A DNA stretch of 63,487 bases, filler included, from Rozella allomycis CSF55 (taxonomy: Eukaryota), in the NCBI GenBank assembly GCA_000442015.1. It is 12 parts of 12 records of this genome, joined end to end, with 100 filler letters (N's around TTAATTAATTAA, not from the genome) between each part and the next. Parts side by side here need not be neighbours in the genome. Positions count along the whole stretch, not along the records: positions 1 to 7,012 come from KE561372.1; positions 7,113 to 13,164 come from KE561373.1; 10 more parts are not named here. The stretch is one strand, 5' to 3'. Numbering within the stretch: the stretch's first letter is position 1; the number at the start of each line of letters is the position of its first letter. Shown piece by piece: positions 1-12,231 of this stretch. Made by a program: the position numbers and the translations under genes. The notes beneath the pieces were generated by a model, which saw nothing but the letters and a program-made list of their open reading frames with translations, did no database searches and was not told where the DNA came from.

Positions 1-176
<176 letters not shown>

Positions 177-199
177 ATGAAAAATTGTTGAAATCAATA

Positions 200-214
200 G
201 GCTTTTTAAAAGCC
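200..214 (+). promoter_or_regulatory. Histone 3' stem-loop-like hairpin
   Basis: GGCTTT-TTA-AAAGCC 23 nt after the H3 stop, flanks caata..gcc; resembles GGCTCTTTTCAGAGCC but 1 nt shorter. Confidence 0.45.
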
Positions 215-352
215 GCCTGGTTCTTCTTGAAAAATGTATTCATTTTTTGAGAAATCTTGGTGTCAATAAATTTTTCTTGGCAAATTAGATATATTTACTG
301 AATAGATATGATTAATTAAACTTTTTAAATCGTCAAACAATTTTCCGATGTG

Positions 353-2610
353 ATGAGATTAAAAGTCGGAGATAAGGTAATCGCCAAGGCAGATTATGTC
401 TCTAATAATGTCCAGGAACTACAGTTTGAACAAGATGAACTTATTATTGTAATTAAGGATGAGAACAATGATGGTTTTTGTTACGGATCAATCAATAACC
501 ATGAAGGATGGTTTTCTGTAAAACATGTTGAAAAAATTTGTGAAAATGCAGCAGATGATTTAATATATTCTGTAATTGATGACTACAAGCAAAGTATCGT
601 CTCAAGGGGTGGAGAGCCCGTGAGTTGGTCATCGAAGTATCCTAATTTAACAAGGACGATATCAAAAGAAGAACTCCACAGACAAGAGGCGATTTACGAA
701 TTAATTAAAACGGAGAGAAGCTATGTGATAGATATCAATAACATCATAGAAGTAAGCCTTATTTATGGTTGGAAACAGTTCTACGAGCTCCCTTTGAGGA
801 AAACCAAGATTTGTTCACCAAAGGATATGTCGATATTGTTCTCAAATCTTGGACAACTTCTGCCTATCAATATAGTAATTCACAATTGTTTTTATTTTTG
901 GAATTACTTAGACAGTTTGATTTGCGAGCGGCTAAATCGCCTGTGGTACATTGCATAGGTGACATATTTTTATCAATGGTAAAAAATATGCCATTAAAAT
1001 GTAGTCTGATTTTTTGAAGTGTTATACGATGTATTGTTCAAGTCATCCGTATGCAATTGCAAGATTTGACGAGTTATGTAGTTCTTCGAGATCATTCTCC
1101 AAGTTTATAGACGTAAACTTTCAAGAAAAATAGGAAAGGAATGTGACAAGTCACTTGTTAGCCAGGGCTTTAAATTATCTCATCAACTTATAAAGCCTGT
1201 TCAAAGAATATGTAAATACCCTCTTTTGATTCGGGAGATACTCAAATACACAGATGGAAAAAATGAGGACAAGGAACTTTTAGAAAAAGCATTGCTTAAA
1301 ATACAATCCGTGGTAACGATCGTGAACGAGGCTTCGAGACAAACAGAGAATGTTTATAGAGTTCTAGAGTTGCAGAAATGCATAACACCCGTAACGCTTT
1401 AATTATAATAAGAAAAGAAACTTGTTTTAGTAAAACCTTCAAGGAAATTAGTCAAAGAAGGCATTGTTCTTTGTCAGCTAGGGAAAAATGAACCCTTTAA
1501 ACAGCGAGTTTGCTTTCTGTTCAATGACATTTTGATAATTTTGAAAAAAGATGGAGATAAATACAAGCTAAAGATGTTTTTAACTTTTGAAAACTTGTTG
1601 GCCAACGATGTGTGCAAGGAAAAGGGATTTTCTTTTGAACTAATTTGTAATAATAAGTATATAGAAATGGAATTCACAACAATTAAAGAAAAAGAAGAAT
1701 GGATATCTCAAATACGGGAACTAGCATCACTTTTTGAAGGTAGGATAATGAAACTGGGCACTCCGCTGTCTGGAAAGTTTGATTTTCCAATTATAAGGAA
1801 TAGAAGTGTACCAAATTTACCGAAGCTTCCTGAAGCTTCAAAGACTACTAGTGCAACAGTTACGGCCTGTTCTTCTAACATTGATAAAGAATCAAAGCAG
1901 AGGTTATATTCGTTAGCTAAGATGGCTTCTTCGAAATCTATCTCGGACTTGAGATCTGTCAATATAATGAAGGAAACTTCAACACCTGTTAGTAAATCGA
2001 AATCTGTCGTCAATTCCACTGTCCGATCTGTGGACAAAGATGCGAAAATCGTTACTGATAACAGTGCAAGTGTGATTTCAATATTTTGTGGAGAAATTAA
2101 TGAACTGTCGATTGTTGATGTAGAGTAAGTACTGTTTTCTTAAATATAGAGATTGAAATACCAAAGTGAGAGACTTGTTTTGACACCTTCACTTCCAAAC
2201 CGCCCGATTAGAAATGTGTGTATAAAGGACGTTTTTAAGCAAAAGGGAAGCAAAAGAGAATATATTTATATCATGGAGATTACCAGACAAGATGAAAATT
2301 ATGTAATATTTGAAACTTTTGAAGATCTTTATGGATTTCATGAGCAATTGGTGATAAATTTCCAAGAAGAGGCTGGAATTATAGGCGGAAGACGGATTAT
2401 CCCTGATTTCCCACCCCAAGTCATGGTTGTTAATGACAGTTTAGCCAAACACAGAGTGACCTTGTTAGAAAAATATTTTAAAGTAACTTTTAAAGATGTT
2501 TTCAAAAGGATTTGATTCAATTGCCGCCAAAGATAAGTAAGAGCTACTTGATCAACTCCTTTCTAAAAAGGGATGGCAAGAGAGCCTTTTCATTCATGAA
2601 AACGAAATAA
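353..2610 (+). CDS. SH3-DH(RhoGEF)-PH-PX domain guanine nucleotide exchange factor, about 7 tiny introns
   Basis: SH3 (AKADY..ELQF..GWF), DH (RQEAIYELIKTERSYV, LIKPVQRICKYPLL), PH (RKLVKEG, CFLFNDILI, EEWISQI), PX (FEDLYGFHEQL..IPDFPP); 26-27 nt introns restore the frame. Confidence 0.85.
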
Positions 2611-2670
2611 AGTTCAAAACAAGTCAAATAAAAATTTATGTACAAGATGCTTTATAAATATTTAAGAATT

Positions 2671-4212
2671 CTATTTTTTAAAATTGGATTGCCTAATTTT
2701 CCCTTGTATGAATTGCATGTCCCTTTGAGTGTTTGGATTCTTCGCGTAAGATCTGAAGAAATCGATATCATTCTGATTGACTTTCCTCTCAAGTATATTT
2801 TGATTTAGCGGTTCTTTTATTGGTGCCCCTAATTTCTCGTTATTTATAGAGTTGTTGCTTTTCTGAATTAGCATTGACCTTTCCTTTGTTAGGAGATTTA
2901 TATTAACCGGGGGTATTAATTTTTGCTTTACAGGAGAGGCCCGTTTGTCTTGAGGGAATAAAATGTCAGAAAGGCCTTCAGAAGCCTTGTGAATCGAATT
3001 TCTGTGGAACTTCAAGGGCAAAGCCTTTGAAGGTAGTAAATTTGGGGCCTCCTTTTTCAAAGCCAATTGTTCGCTCATGTTAATAACATTTCCCACAGAC
3101 TTTCGCGGGCTTGGGATTGGAGGCTTAGTATTTCGAATAACTATTCAATCAAATCTAGCAAGCGTACCCGGTAAATGATTATCCGACGCTGGGCTTGCAA
3201 AAAAGCGAGTCTGTAGACATTGTGAGCATGTAGGGCGTTTTTGGGGATCATATTGAAGGAGATCAGACATCAAGAGGACGGCTGCCTCGCAAGCATTCGG
3301 CATGATCGCATACAATGATGTCGGTATCATCTATAAATGTATGAAATATATCACACCTGTGGGAATCTAAATCCCATGGCATTTGCTAGTTTAACACCTT
3401 CTGGCCAATTATAGGGTGTTGGAGAGCCTAAAACGGAACAAATTTTGTAAATTTCGTCTATTTCATTGGAGCCAGGGAACAATGGTTTTAAAGTGTACAT
3501 TTCTACCATTATACAACCAACAGCCCACATGTCAATAGGGGAGCTATAATTTCGCGATCGCAAAAGTACTTCTGGAGCTCGATACCTTTGAAATATCGAA
3601 ATCTATTCATACCATCTGGTGGATACATATTCTGTATAAGGTGGCAAAGAACGTATTTCTTTTGCCAATCCAAAATCAGCAATCTTTAAAGTTGTTCCAG
3701 AAGTCATTAAATTCTCTATATATTCAATTCATTCATTGATACCTGGTTTCAAATCTCTGTGGAAATAACCATTTTTATGCATGTAGTGTAAACCCTGAAG
3801 CATTTGCATTCTTTTAACGCTAAATTTCTGTTATTACGTATAATGTCTAATCATATCCTCTGGTATCAGCATTCCCCTTCTTTCTTTCATTAATTGATAA
3901 AGATTTAAATCCATATATTCAAAGACAAAATATAACTCATCGTTCTCTCTAATAACTTCATGTAGACGAATTATGTTTGGATGCTTTAGCTTTTTTAATG
4001 ACTTTATTTGTTTCATTATATATTTACTTTAACTTCTCTTAAAGACACACATGCCTCCCACGAGTAAAATTTATCTTTCATTTTTTTAACTGCGACCTGT
4101 CATTCTAGATTCAATAACTGTGTACTTTTTCGCCGTTCACTTTATTCTCGGCCAACAAAACCGTTCCGAACGCCCCATCACCTAGAGTTTTACTTAGATT
4201 GTATCTATTCAT
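2671..4212 (-). CDS. MAK/ICK (Ime2-family) Ser/Thr kinase, 7 tiny introns
   Basis: Spliced [78 protein letters not shown]. Confidence 0.9.
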
Positions 4213-4505
4213 CTAAATTTGATATTTGTTGTAAAAAATCAAAACAATGGATTCCGATAAAATATATCTCCGCGTAGCATTCGGCACACTAAAAATATTT
4301 GCTGCTTTCAATTGTATTTAAGAATGGTATATCGTATTCCCATTTAAAAGATTGAACAAGAATTATGTATAATTTTTGGGCAGAAATGATATCGAAAAAA
4401 TAAAGACTACAGAGATGACTGTAGTAAAGTATATTGTCCAAAAATACAGAGTTTTACCGCAAAAATGGATCTAGCGAATTGTAGGAAATTTCAAAGTCAA
4501 TAATC

Positions 4506-5360
4506 ATGATAGTTATGCATCGCAATGCCTTTGCCATGCATGTGAATCGACATCTTTCTCAAAGATATTCGAATTATTCGAGAAAGACGCAAACCATTGT
4601 TGAAGAGAGGCCCGTAGAAGAAGCTACCAATCCAACGTCTGGAGTAATGGTATCGAAAAAGCCAAATCCTGCCTTAGCAAACATGTTCACTACAACCAAT
4701 CGCCAAACATATCAAAACAAGAGTAATACTGTAATTTCAAAGCATTTGCATCATATCTTAACATCGAAGTACTTCAACTACTTTAAGCCAGTTCCACAAG
4801 TCATGTTTCTGGTAGATGAACAGGAAAGACGAGTAAGACATGTTGCCCGATCATGGTCATATAAAACATACAAGATATGGCAAAAGATATTATTCTTGAT
4901 TGTGTCATTGGGATGCAGCTGGGTATACATCTTTATGAAATATAGAGATCCATTTTTACCGAATAAGTTGGCCAAGGCACTTGAAGAAAATGCAGATGCT
5001 AAATTCATTCTTGGGGATAACATTAAAGTTGTTGGTGAAATCGGTCAGTTTCAATGGATTGGCGGGTCTGGGATATTTTTGACCAAAGTACAATCAGAGA
5101 ACGGTAAAAATAAAAACTTCATAGTAACCTTAGGCGAGGCTTTAGTAGAGATGTTGGGAAAGAAGGAAAAAGATGCATATGGGCAGTACCAGTGGAAGAT
5201 GACAAGGACAACCATTTATAAAGATAAATACAAATTTAAAATTTACAACGAAAGCGGGCCTAAATATGAAAAAATGGTAAAAGAAGCCCAAGAGAAATTT
5301 GAAAGAATACAAAGGGAAGGTACAGGGGCCGATTCAGGGGAGTTGTTTTCAATAAATTAG
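4506..5360 (+). CDS. Probable mitochondrial inner-membrane Coa1/Tim21-like protein
   Basis: Basic N-terminal presequence-like region, one TM helix, then LEENADAKFILGDNIK...G..GEA..W pattern; probable in-frame 30-nt intron near 5104. Confidence 0.45.
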   Translation: MIVMHRNAFAMHVNRHLSQRYSNYSRKTQTIVEERPVEEATNPTSGVMVSKKPNPALANMFTTTNRQTYQNKSNTVISKHLHHILTSKYFNYFKPVPQVMFLVDEQERRVRHVARSWSYKTYKIWQKILFLIVSLGCSWVYIFMKYRDPFLPNKLAKALEENADAKFILGDNIKVVGEIGQFQWIGGSGIFLTKVQSENGKNKNFIVTLGEALVEMLGKKEKDAYGQYQWKMTRTTIYKDKYKFKIYNESGPKYEKMVKEAQEKFERIQREGTGADSGELFSIN

Positions 5361-5387
5361 TTTTCTTCAAAATAATCATTTAAAGAT

Positions 5388-6991
5388 TTATTGATTATTC
5401 CATACATTTGTCATTAGGTTTTGTACAGACATTAATGCATGATATTTAACTTCAGAGTTTTCATGAGACATTAATTTCATAACTTTTTGTTTGGCGCCCA
5501 ATTCTTGTAAATATCTAAAATGCCCTAAAATGAAATTCTTTACCTTCTCCCATTAGGATAAAACTTTGCATAATTGCCAATGTCATTACAGGCTACAGAC
5601 AAAACTGTTGGATCTTCTGAGGTAGCCAATATTCTAATTAAAATTCTACTCCAGTTACTTTAATCACATTACTTTAAAACTTCAAAATCTTTTTCATTGA
5701 ATTTAATCACATTTTGTTTCCAAAATAGTTCCGATTGATGTGGCGGGGACCATTCCAATTTACCCGATCTTAACTCTGACACATATTCGTCAAAAGAGCT
5801 TTATCAATCTAAATTTTCAATTACCTCAAAGTATTAAAAACGTTTCTTAACTCTTCGCCCAAGAATTTGATATCATTCGTTATATCTTCATCCGTAAATT
5901 TTCTACCTGCAAGGGTCTCTATTACCGACAAAGTTTTTGCCCCAATCAATGCGTGCATATTTTCAGCCTTGGCTTTTTCCAACATATTCTATAAATTTAA
6001 ATGACAATAAGATATTTACGCGAAAAAGGGACAAGGTAGCACGGATAACCTTTTCCTTGACAGTACCCTTTATTATATCAATCAAAACAGGAAGAACTTG
6101 GTGTTCCCTACATAAATTAAAGCAATAAAGTATACGATTGAAGAGTTTGAGCAGTTTCTTCAACAAAAGTGAGCATCCAAAGGGATACAATAATTTGATA
6201 CTGAATTTGCGGATTTGATTCTCCCTTCAAAGCCTTGACTAGGCTGCTCATAAATTTTGAATTTTTTGAGCATGTTATTTTAAATTCTTCAATTCTTAAC
6301 AATGATGGCAGAATTTGCGATGCAATCATAACCCTTTCCTTGTCATCAGAAGTTATATTTTGTGCAATCCATTCAATAATTGATTCAAATTCTGATTCTG
6401 GAAATGAATGATCGATGCTTATATTAAAATTAATGTAGCATTACGATGCCAGTGATGTGAAAATGGTTGCAGCTTTAAGACTAATAAAGACGTCTTCCTT
6501 TTTCATTATTCTGAATTGCTCTAAATAAATTGTAATACTCTCGTATAACACAAAACGGTAATAAAGGATCCTGTGATTTACTTTGTAATATATATTGTTG
6601 ATATTCTCTCTCTCAAAAAGTAACCTTTTACTTGGAATCAAATCATCGATCAATGTTAGAGCGTATTGAATACCTTCATCATCTTTTAACTTTGGCAAAA
6701 CAGCCAGCAATGAAAATGCAACGTCTTTGCCATTCTGCACACAAAAATACATACTCTTTACGCTGGTCAAGAAATCATCTTTCATTTTTGACTTCTCGTA
6801 ATTGTTTAACATATTTGCTTCATTGTCACTGATTATATTTGCTTTGGAATACCCCTTTCTGTATTAATGTAAACTATTACATCCCAAGACATATTTTTGG
6901 TTCTCAAAATTGAGGATTTTGAATCAAGCATGGTATTTGGGAACTTGGCTGCTGCTATCTCTGATGGTGTCAAGTCTTGTATAGGCGACAT
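5388..6991 (-). CDS. VMA13: V-ATPase V1 subunit H, about 10 tiny introns
   Basis: [65 protein letters not shown] motifs. Confidence 0.93.
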
Positions 6992-7012
6992 AGCGAAATT
7001 TACAGGTTCTGT

Positions 7013-7112
7013 NNNNNNNNNNNNNNNNNNNNNNNNNNNNNNNNNNNNNNNNNNNNTTAATTAATTAANNNNNNNNNNNNNNNNNNNNNNNNNNNNNNNN
7101 NNNNNNNNNNNN
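7013..7112. other. Artificial contig linker (N44-TTAATTAATTAA-N44); also at 13165, 17516, 20607, 25756, 29884, 33114, 34787, 37502, 56628, 58040
   Basis: Identical 100-nt cassette with stop codons in all six frames; unrelated genes are truncated on either side. Confidence 0.97.
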
Positions 7113-7941
7113 ATTCGGCTACTATTATGGTATCATACATCTCTAATGAAATTTCGCCAAGAGATAGTCTATGCAGAGAATTGAAATTAAATACTGGCGT
7201 TAACAGCCTAAAACGTTCTAAAGACATGTCGAATTCACCGAATACAAGTGATTCTACGTTTGGAAGTTTGTACTTGACTGATGTAAACCAGGCCATGCAT
7301 GTTTCAATATTCTCAACGCGTTCAAAGATTATTTCTTTAATATCATTCAAACTGTTTTCTTCATTCCATTTCGGATCATTTAAAACTTTCTTTTGAAGAA
7401 CTAGTGATCCAGTATCTGATAAGATCGCAAAAATATATTGAAGTTTAGTTACGTTACTTTCTTGTGAATTTAATGAATTCATTATTTTAGTGATTTTAAC
7501 ACGGAAATCATAATCAATAATAGTGCTGGATGAATATACTAATTCATGAAAATTAAAAAGTAACCAAGAAATATGATGTGAACTTGAATCAAAACAACTT
7601 AAATAGTTATTCCATCTCTTTAATGCGCATTTAAAAAATGAATTGAACCCTCCAAATTCTTCTAGAACAAATCTAAAATCTGGAGACGAAATGGTAATAT
7701 ATTTTGATGTTATCACAGACCAATGTATATTGAATACATACATAAGACTTTGGAAATATTTTGTTGGAAACTTGAGTCGCACGTACAGCTCTAAAATTCC
7801 AATTGCGAAAGGTTCATCAACAAAACATAAAATCTTTGGCAGATATTTCCCGTAGCTTATTGTACATGCAAAAGAGATATCGCGAAATGGTAATTTAAGC
7901 TTCACAAAGTTTTGTAAGCATAAGTCTGTAAGTTTAAGCAT
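7113..7941 (-). CDS. Hypothetical protein, 3' truncated; possible N-terminal BC-box and C-terminal LRR-like repeats
   Basis: Long intronless ORF; MLKLTDLCLQNF at the start; LPNVESLVF and FNSLHRLSL near the gap. Confidence 0.5.
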
Positions 7942-8404
7942 AGCCACAAAAATTTTAGCTACCTTTATTGAAAGAATGGAATTGATTAAGTCAGTTTTAT
8001 CATTTTCGTAAACCTATGACCAATATACAGACGAAAATAGAAAGCTCAGAACAAGAATTAGTGCGCAGGTATATAGAACATCTAGACAATCAAATTCAGC
8101 CTCATAAAAGTAATTTGTCCAAGGAATTAACTAACGTTGCGAATAAGTTAAGTGAATACAACAGGAAGAAAAAGGATACGAAAAGAAGAGGAAATAAATA
8201 AATGGCCAATTGAGTCTTAAAGAATTGTTGTCTGACGACTCTGACCTAGAAATATAACTCTTGACGTTTTAATATCTAACATATGATGTTATTGACAATT
8301 GAGTATTAATCTAAATTAAATTAAAATGTATTAATTAGCGGAGTTTACGTAAGCATAAATACCCCTTCTTTGGCTATTGTATTCCAAGTTCAAGCTATTG
8401 TTCC

Positions 8405-9319
8405 ATGAAGGCCACTCTATACTTAATTGTGCTTGGTATTCTGTATATCCAATTTATAATGTCACTCAATGAACCACAGACTAAATGTAAATCGGCAGGG
8501 CAGGGTGCACTGACGTTCGACGAAGGACCCACTCCTTACACACTAGCTGTGTTGGACGCACTGAAGAAAGAAAACATCAAGGCAACATTTCATGTTATTA
8601 CTGAATTCCTTCAAGATAAGAGAATAATGGCCTCATTGCGCCGAGCTGTTGATGACGGCCACTTAATTGGACTTCGATTAAGACCAAACATAAATCCCTT
8701 GAAGGTATCTGAAAAAGAACTTATTAGGTCCATCAATAATGATCGCAAAATTTTAGAGAACATTGTTGGTTATAGACCTAAATTTATCAGGCTTCCGTAT
8801 AAACACTTCAATAACAAGACTTTGGAGATAATAGAATCATTGGGTATGGAAGTAACGCAACATTCTGTTGATTCATTTGATTATTCTATGGATTTCAATG
8901 ACATGCCTAGCCCTAACAGTATTTATGACAGGTTTGAAGATCAAATAAAGAATATGGACTCCAAAAAAGATTCATTTATATCTGTACAAAGGGACTTGAC
9001 TAGAGCAACCGCAATGGCAACAGAGAAGATTGTGGCACTGTTGAAAACAAAACAATTTAAATTAGTAACCTTAGATAAGTGTCTAGATATTGTTCAAGAA
9101 GGATACAAAGTAGAAAATCAAAGTACAAATGAATCATTAGAGCCGAGCGAAAAAGCAACTGATAGCCCAATGAAAGAACAAGAATCTAAAAAGAGCAGTG
9201 ACCAAAAATCAAATTCTAAAGATGATGAGACAATGTTTTCAAATCCCAGTTCTTCATCTAAACTTAATATTGCGGGGTATGTTATTCCCTTAGCGATAAT
9301 TATTGCTTTAACTTTATAA
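8405..9319 (+). CDS. Secreted, probably GPI-anchored CE4/NodB polysaccharide (chitin) deacetylase homolog with degenerate active site
   Basis: Signal peptide; ALTFDEGP, IKATFH, GHLIG, RPKFIRLPY, DSFDY; Ser/Glu/Lys linker; hydrophobic C-terminus. Confidence 0.85.
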   Translation: MKATLYLIVLGILYIQFIMSLNEPQTKCKSAGQGALTFDEGPTPYTLAVLDALKKENIKATFHVITEFLQDKRIMASLRRAVDDGHLIGLRLRPNINPLKVSEKELIRSINNDRKILENIVGYRPKFIRLPYKHFNNKTLEIIESLGMEVTQHSVDSFDYSMDFNDMPSPNSIYDRFEDQIKNMDSKKDSFISVQRDLTRATAMATEKIVALLKTKQFKLVTLDKCLDIVQEGYKVENQSTNESLEPSEKATDSPMKEQESKKSSDQKSNSKDDETMFSNPSSSSKLNIAGYVIPLAIIIALTL

Positions 9320-9558
9320 TTCCAATAAATATAAATTAATCCTTTATTTTTATTTGTCCGACTATAGCTTTTTTTAAATATTTCCAAATAAGTAATTGTC
9401 ATTGATGGTCTCCTCAGTTTCTTGAATGAAAGCTTAATAATCTGACGAAATTAGATTAGATAAGCTTTGTTGTTTATATCTCACAAGGCAAGGTTTTATG
9501 ATTCAATAGGAAAAGTTAGGTTTGGTAAATTTCGCTGTTGTTTAGCAAAACCATCACC

Positions 9559-12108
9559 ATGGAAAGAAAAACAATTAAAAAACGAAAATCAGAGCTACAA
9601 TCTAATGAGTCCCCGCCTAAAAAACATAACACTCATACTTACTTTAAAGTTAAGAACAAGATTAATGACTCACATAATAATGAAATCCTAGATCTCTTGT
9701 ATAATCTAGAAGAAAGCCATGATTACAATGGAGAAATTCAAGATGTGATTGTTTTACCAAAAGAGGAAGCGAAATATGGAAAGTTAAATTTTCAGTTGCC
9801 TCAATCTGTGACAGAAGTTCTTGAAAAAAAAGGAATAAAGAAATTATATGAACATCAAACGCTTGCTTTAAATAGTTTTATGAATGGTGAAAATGTTCTC
9901 TTATGCACGAGTACTTCAAGGTTGAATTATTCTAATATTTAATGATAGCGGCAAGTCATTAGTTTTTCAAGTGGCGGCAATGATTAATACTTTAAAGGAA
10001 ATTCCTCAAACAGCTATTTTCGTTTTCCCGTTAAATGCATTAGTCAATGATCAATGTAATTCATTAAGAGAAATGTTGTCGTTATCTCCCGAGTTAAAAC
10101 ACAAAAGAGTGGTAGTTTTAAATGGCTCCACGCCTGCAGATCAAAGGATAAGATTGGTGAATGAAGCCGATATACTTTTGACAAATCCAGAAATGATTCA
10201 TTGGTGCCTACTATTAAAGGCCAAATACTTAGAAGTATTTCTTTCACGTTTGAGTTTATTTGTATTGGATGAATGCCATTGTTATAGTGGGAGTTTTGGA
10301 GTTCACACAAGTATGTTGTTACGTCGCATTCATCGTTATTGCAAAGAAGTATTTGATCGAGATTTTCAGATAATTGCATGTTCGGCTACGATTGGCGAGC
10401 CCAAAGATTTTATTGAAAGTTTTTCTAAAGTTAACTTCACGGTTGTGGAATCTGATACGTGCGCTAAAGAAGAAAGGGTCTTTATTCCGTATTACGGTCT
10501 CTCTCTATTCGGTGGATTAAAAAGTCTAGTTTCAAAGCTTTATGATAATGACAGAAGAATAATAGTATTTTGCAAGAGTAGAAGGATGGTGGGGTCCATA
10601 ACTGAAACTTTAACACAAATTCTTCCAAAAGATGTAGTTAAGAGTTATCGAGGGGGATACACCCATGAGACTAGGAGAGAGATTGAATTGGCTCTGAAAC
10701 AAATGAAAATTAAGAGTAAATGAAATATATAATTGATTGAATAGTCGTTGTTTGTACATGTGCGTTAGAAATGGGTGTTGATATTGGAATGCTGGACGTT
10801 GTGATTCATGTTGGATTTCCTTTGAGTGTTTCATCATTCTGGCAGCAAGCAGGTAGGGTTGGCAGACGTGGGCAGCCATCACTCTCAGTACTTTTTACTA
10901 CAATGGAAGATCCATTGGAGAGACATTATGTTTACAACTTTGAATCTCTTATTTTAAAAAAGGAAATTCCTTCAATAAAGTTGAATTTTGAACAGCTGAA
11001 GATTTTGGAATTCCATCTTCAACGATCTTTGAATGAGCTTGATGGGTTTCATTCAATCGAGTCTATCGAGAAATATTTCGGTCCACTGGCAAAAGAAATT
11101 TGTGAAAATGACTTTGTAAGATTATAAATTATAGATTGAATAGCGTCGACTTATGTTAAATCAAGATATGAGGTTAGAAATGAGAAGTGATGATTCCGAA
11201 ACATTTTTTGTTGTTGAATTACAGAATCACGGGAAAGTTAAGAGAAACAAATATGGCATAGCAGAATATTCCATGGAATATATTATTGATCAGTACGACG
11301 CACCCAAGTGTTTTCTTGTATTGCATGAAGGCGCCGTTATTATTGCGCATCATGTAAGATATAAAGTAGTGCGAATGGACAAGACCAATAAGCTTGTCCT
11401 GGTTCAAAAGCACCAAGAGAATTATGTAACGATACCTTGCGCTAATGTATCGTTAAATAATTTTGAAATACAAAAATCTTGCACGTTTAATAGCAACATG
11501 AATGCCAATTTTGGTTTAATTAACAGTAAAACGATTAATTTTATTTTCTAGTCAACACTGTCTGCACTTCATATGCCAAACTCCACCCAACTACTCAATC
11601 GATTATGGATTCTCACAGCATTCCGTTGATTAATTTTGATATGAAAAGACTGGCAATTTGGATTGACAGTAAATTTTAATGCTAAAAATGAAAAGTTCCT
11701 TCATCTATTATTATAGAGCGTAAAGGAATTCATGCTTTGAATCATTTGATTGTTTTTGCTTTATCTCTTTATTTTGTGTGTGATTTGGGTGACTTTGAAT
11801 CGATTTGCGATTGTGATTTTAATATAACAAGGTTTGAATCAGTCATATTTGTTATCGTAGAGGAATATATATTGTTGACAAAAGAAATCCAGACAATTCT
11901 GTTATCTCTTTTAATTACTTGGACAAAATTCATCTGGTGTTGAAAAAGGCAAAGGATCTCATTGAAAATTGTGAATGTACAGAAGGCTGTCCTAAATGTA
12001 ATTTGCATGATTTATCGTCACATAGGTGTTGAATGGTCAAGATGTTGTGTTAAAAATCATGATCTCTGTAAATCCCAAGCTATGGCATTTTTGAAGTTAA
12101 TTCAATAA
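9559..12108 (+). CDS. HRQ1: Hrq1/YprA-like (RecQ4-related) DExH helicase with C-terminal DUF1998-type Zn site
   Basis: LYEHQ, TSTSSGKS, TNPEMIH, DECHCYSGSFG, SATIGEP, SYRGGY, LEMGVDIG, QQAGRVGR, CECTEGCPKC; six 26-29 nt introns. Confidence 0.85.
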
Positions 12109-12231
12109 ATTTAACGTTCAATACTTTTTTAAGTAAATCCTCATGGCTCATTCCTATGCTCTTGAAGTTTTGAAGAAAAATTTACTTATTAAATATATTT
12201 TTTTAACTTATTAAAAAAATAAGTTAAAGAT

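Noticed and set aside
350-2515. Fragmented ORFs suggesting an alternative genetic code or programmed frameshifting
   Set aside because: Removing 26-31 nt introns restores conserved proteins under the standard code.
7013-7112. Recurring TTAATTAATTAA palindrome between N runs as a biological repeat
   Set aside because: Identical cassette with six-frame stops; an artificial concatenation linker. Gene adjacency across these linkers is not meaningful.
8016-8201. 61-aa ORF as a real gene
   Set aside because: It has an ATG and an AATAAA-embedded stop but no recognisable homology; left uncalled.
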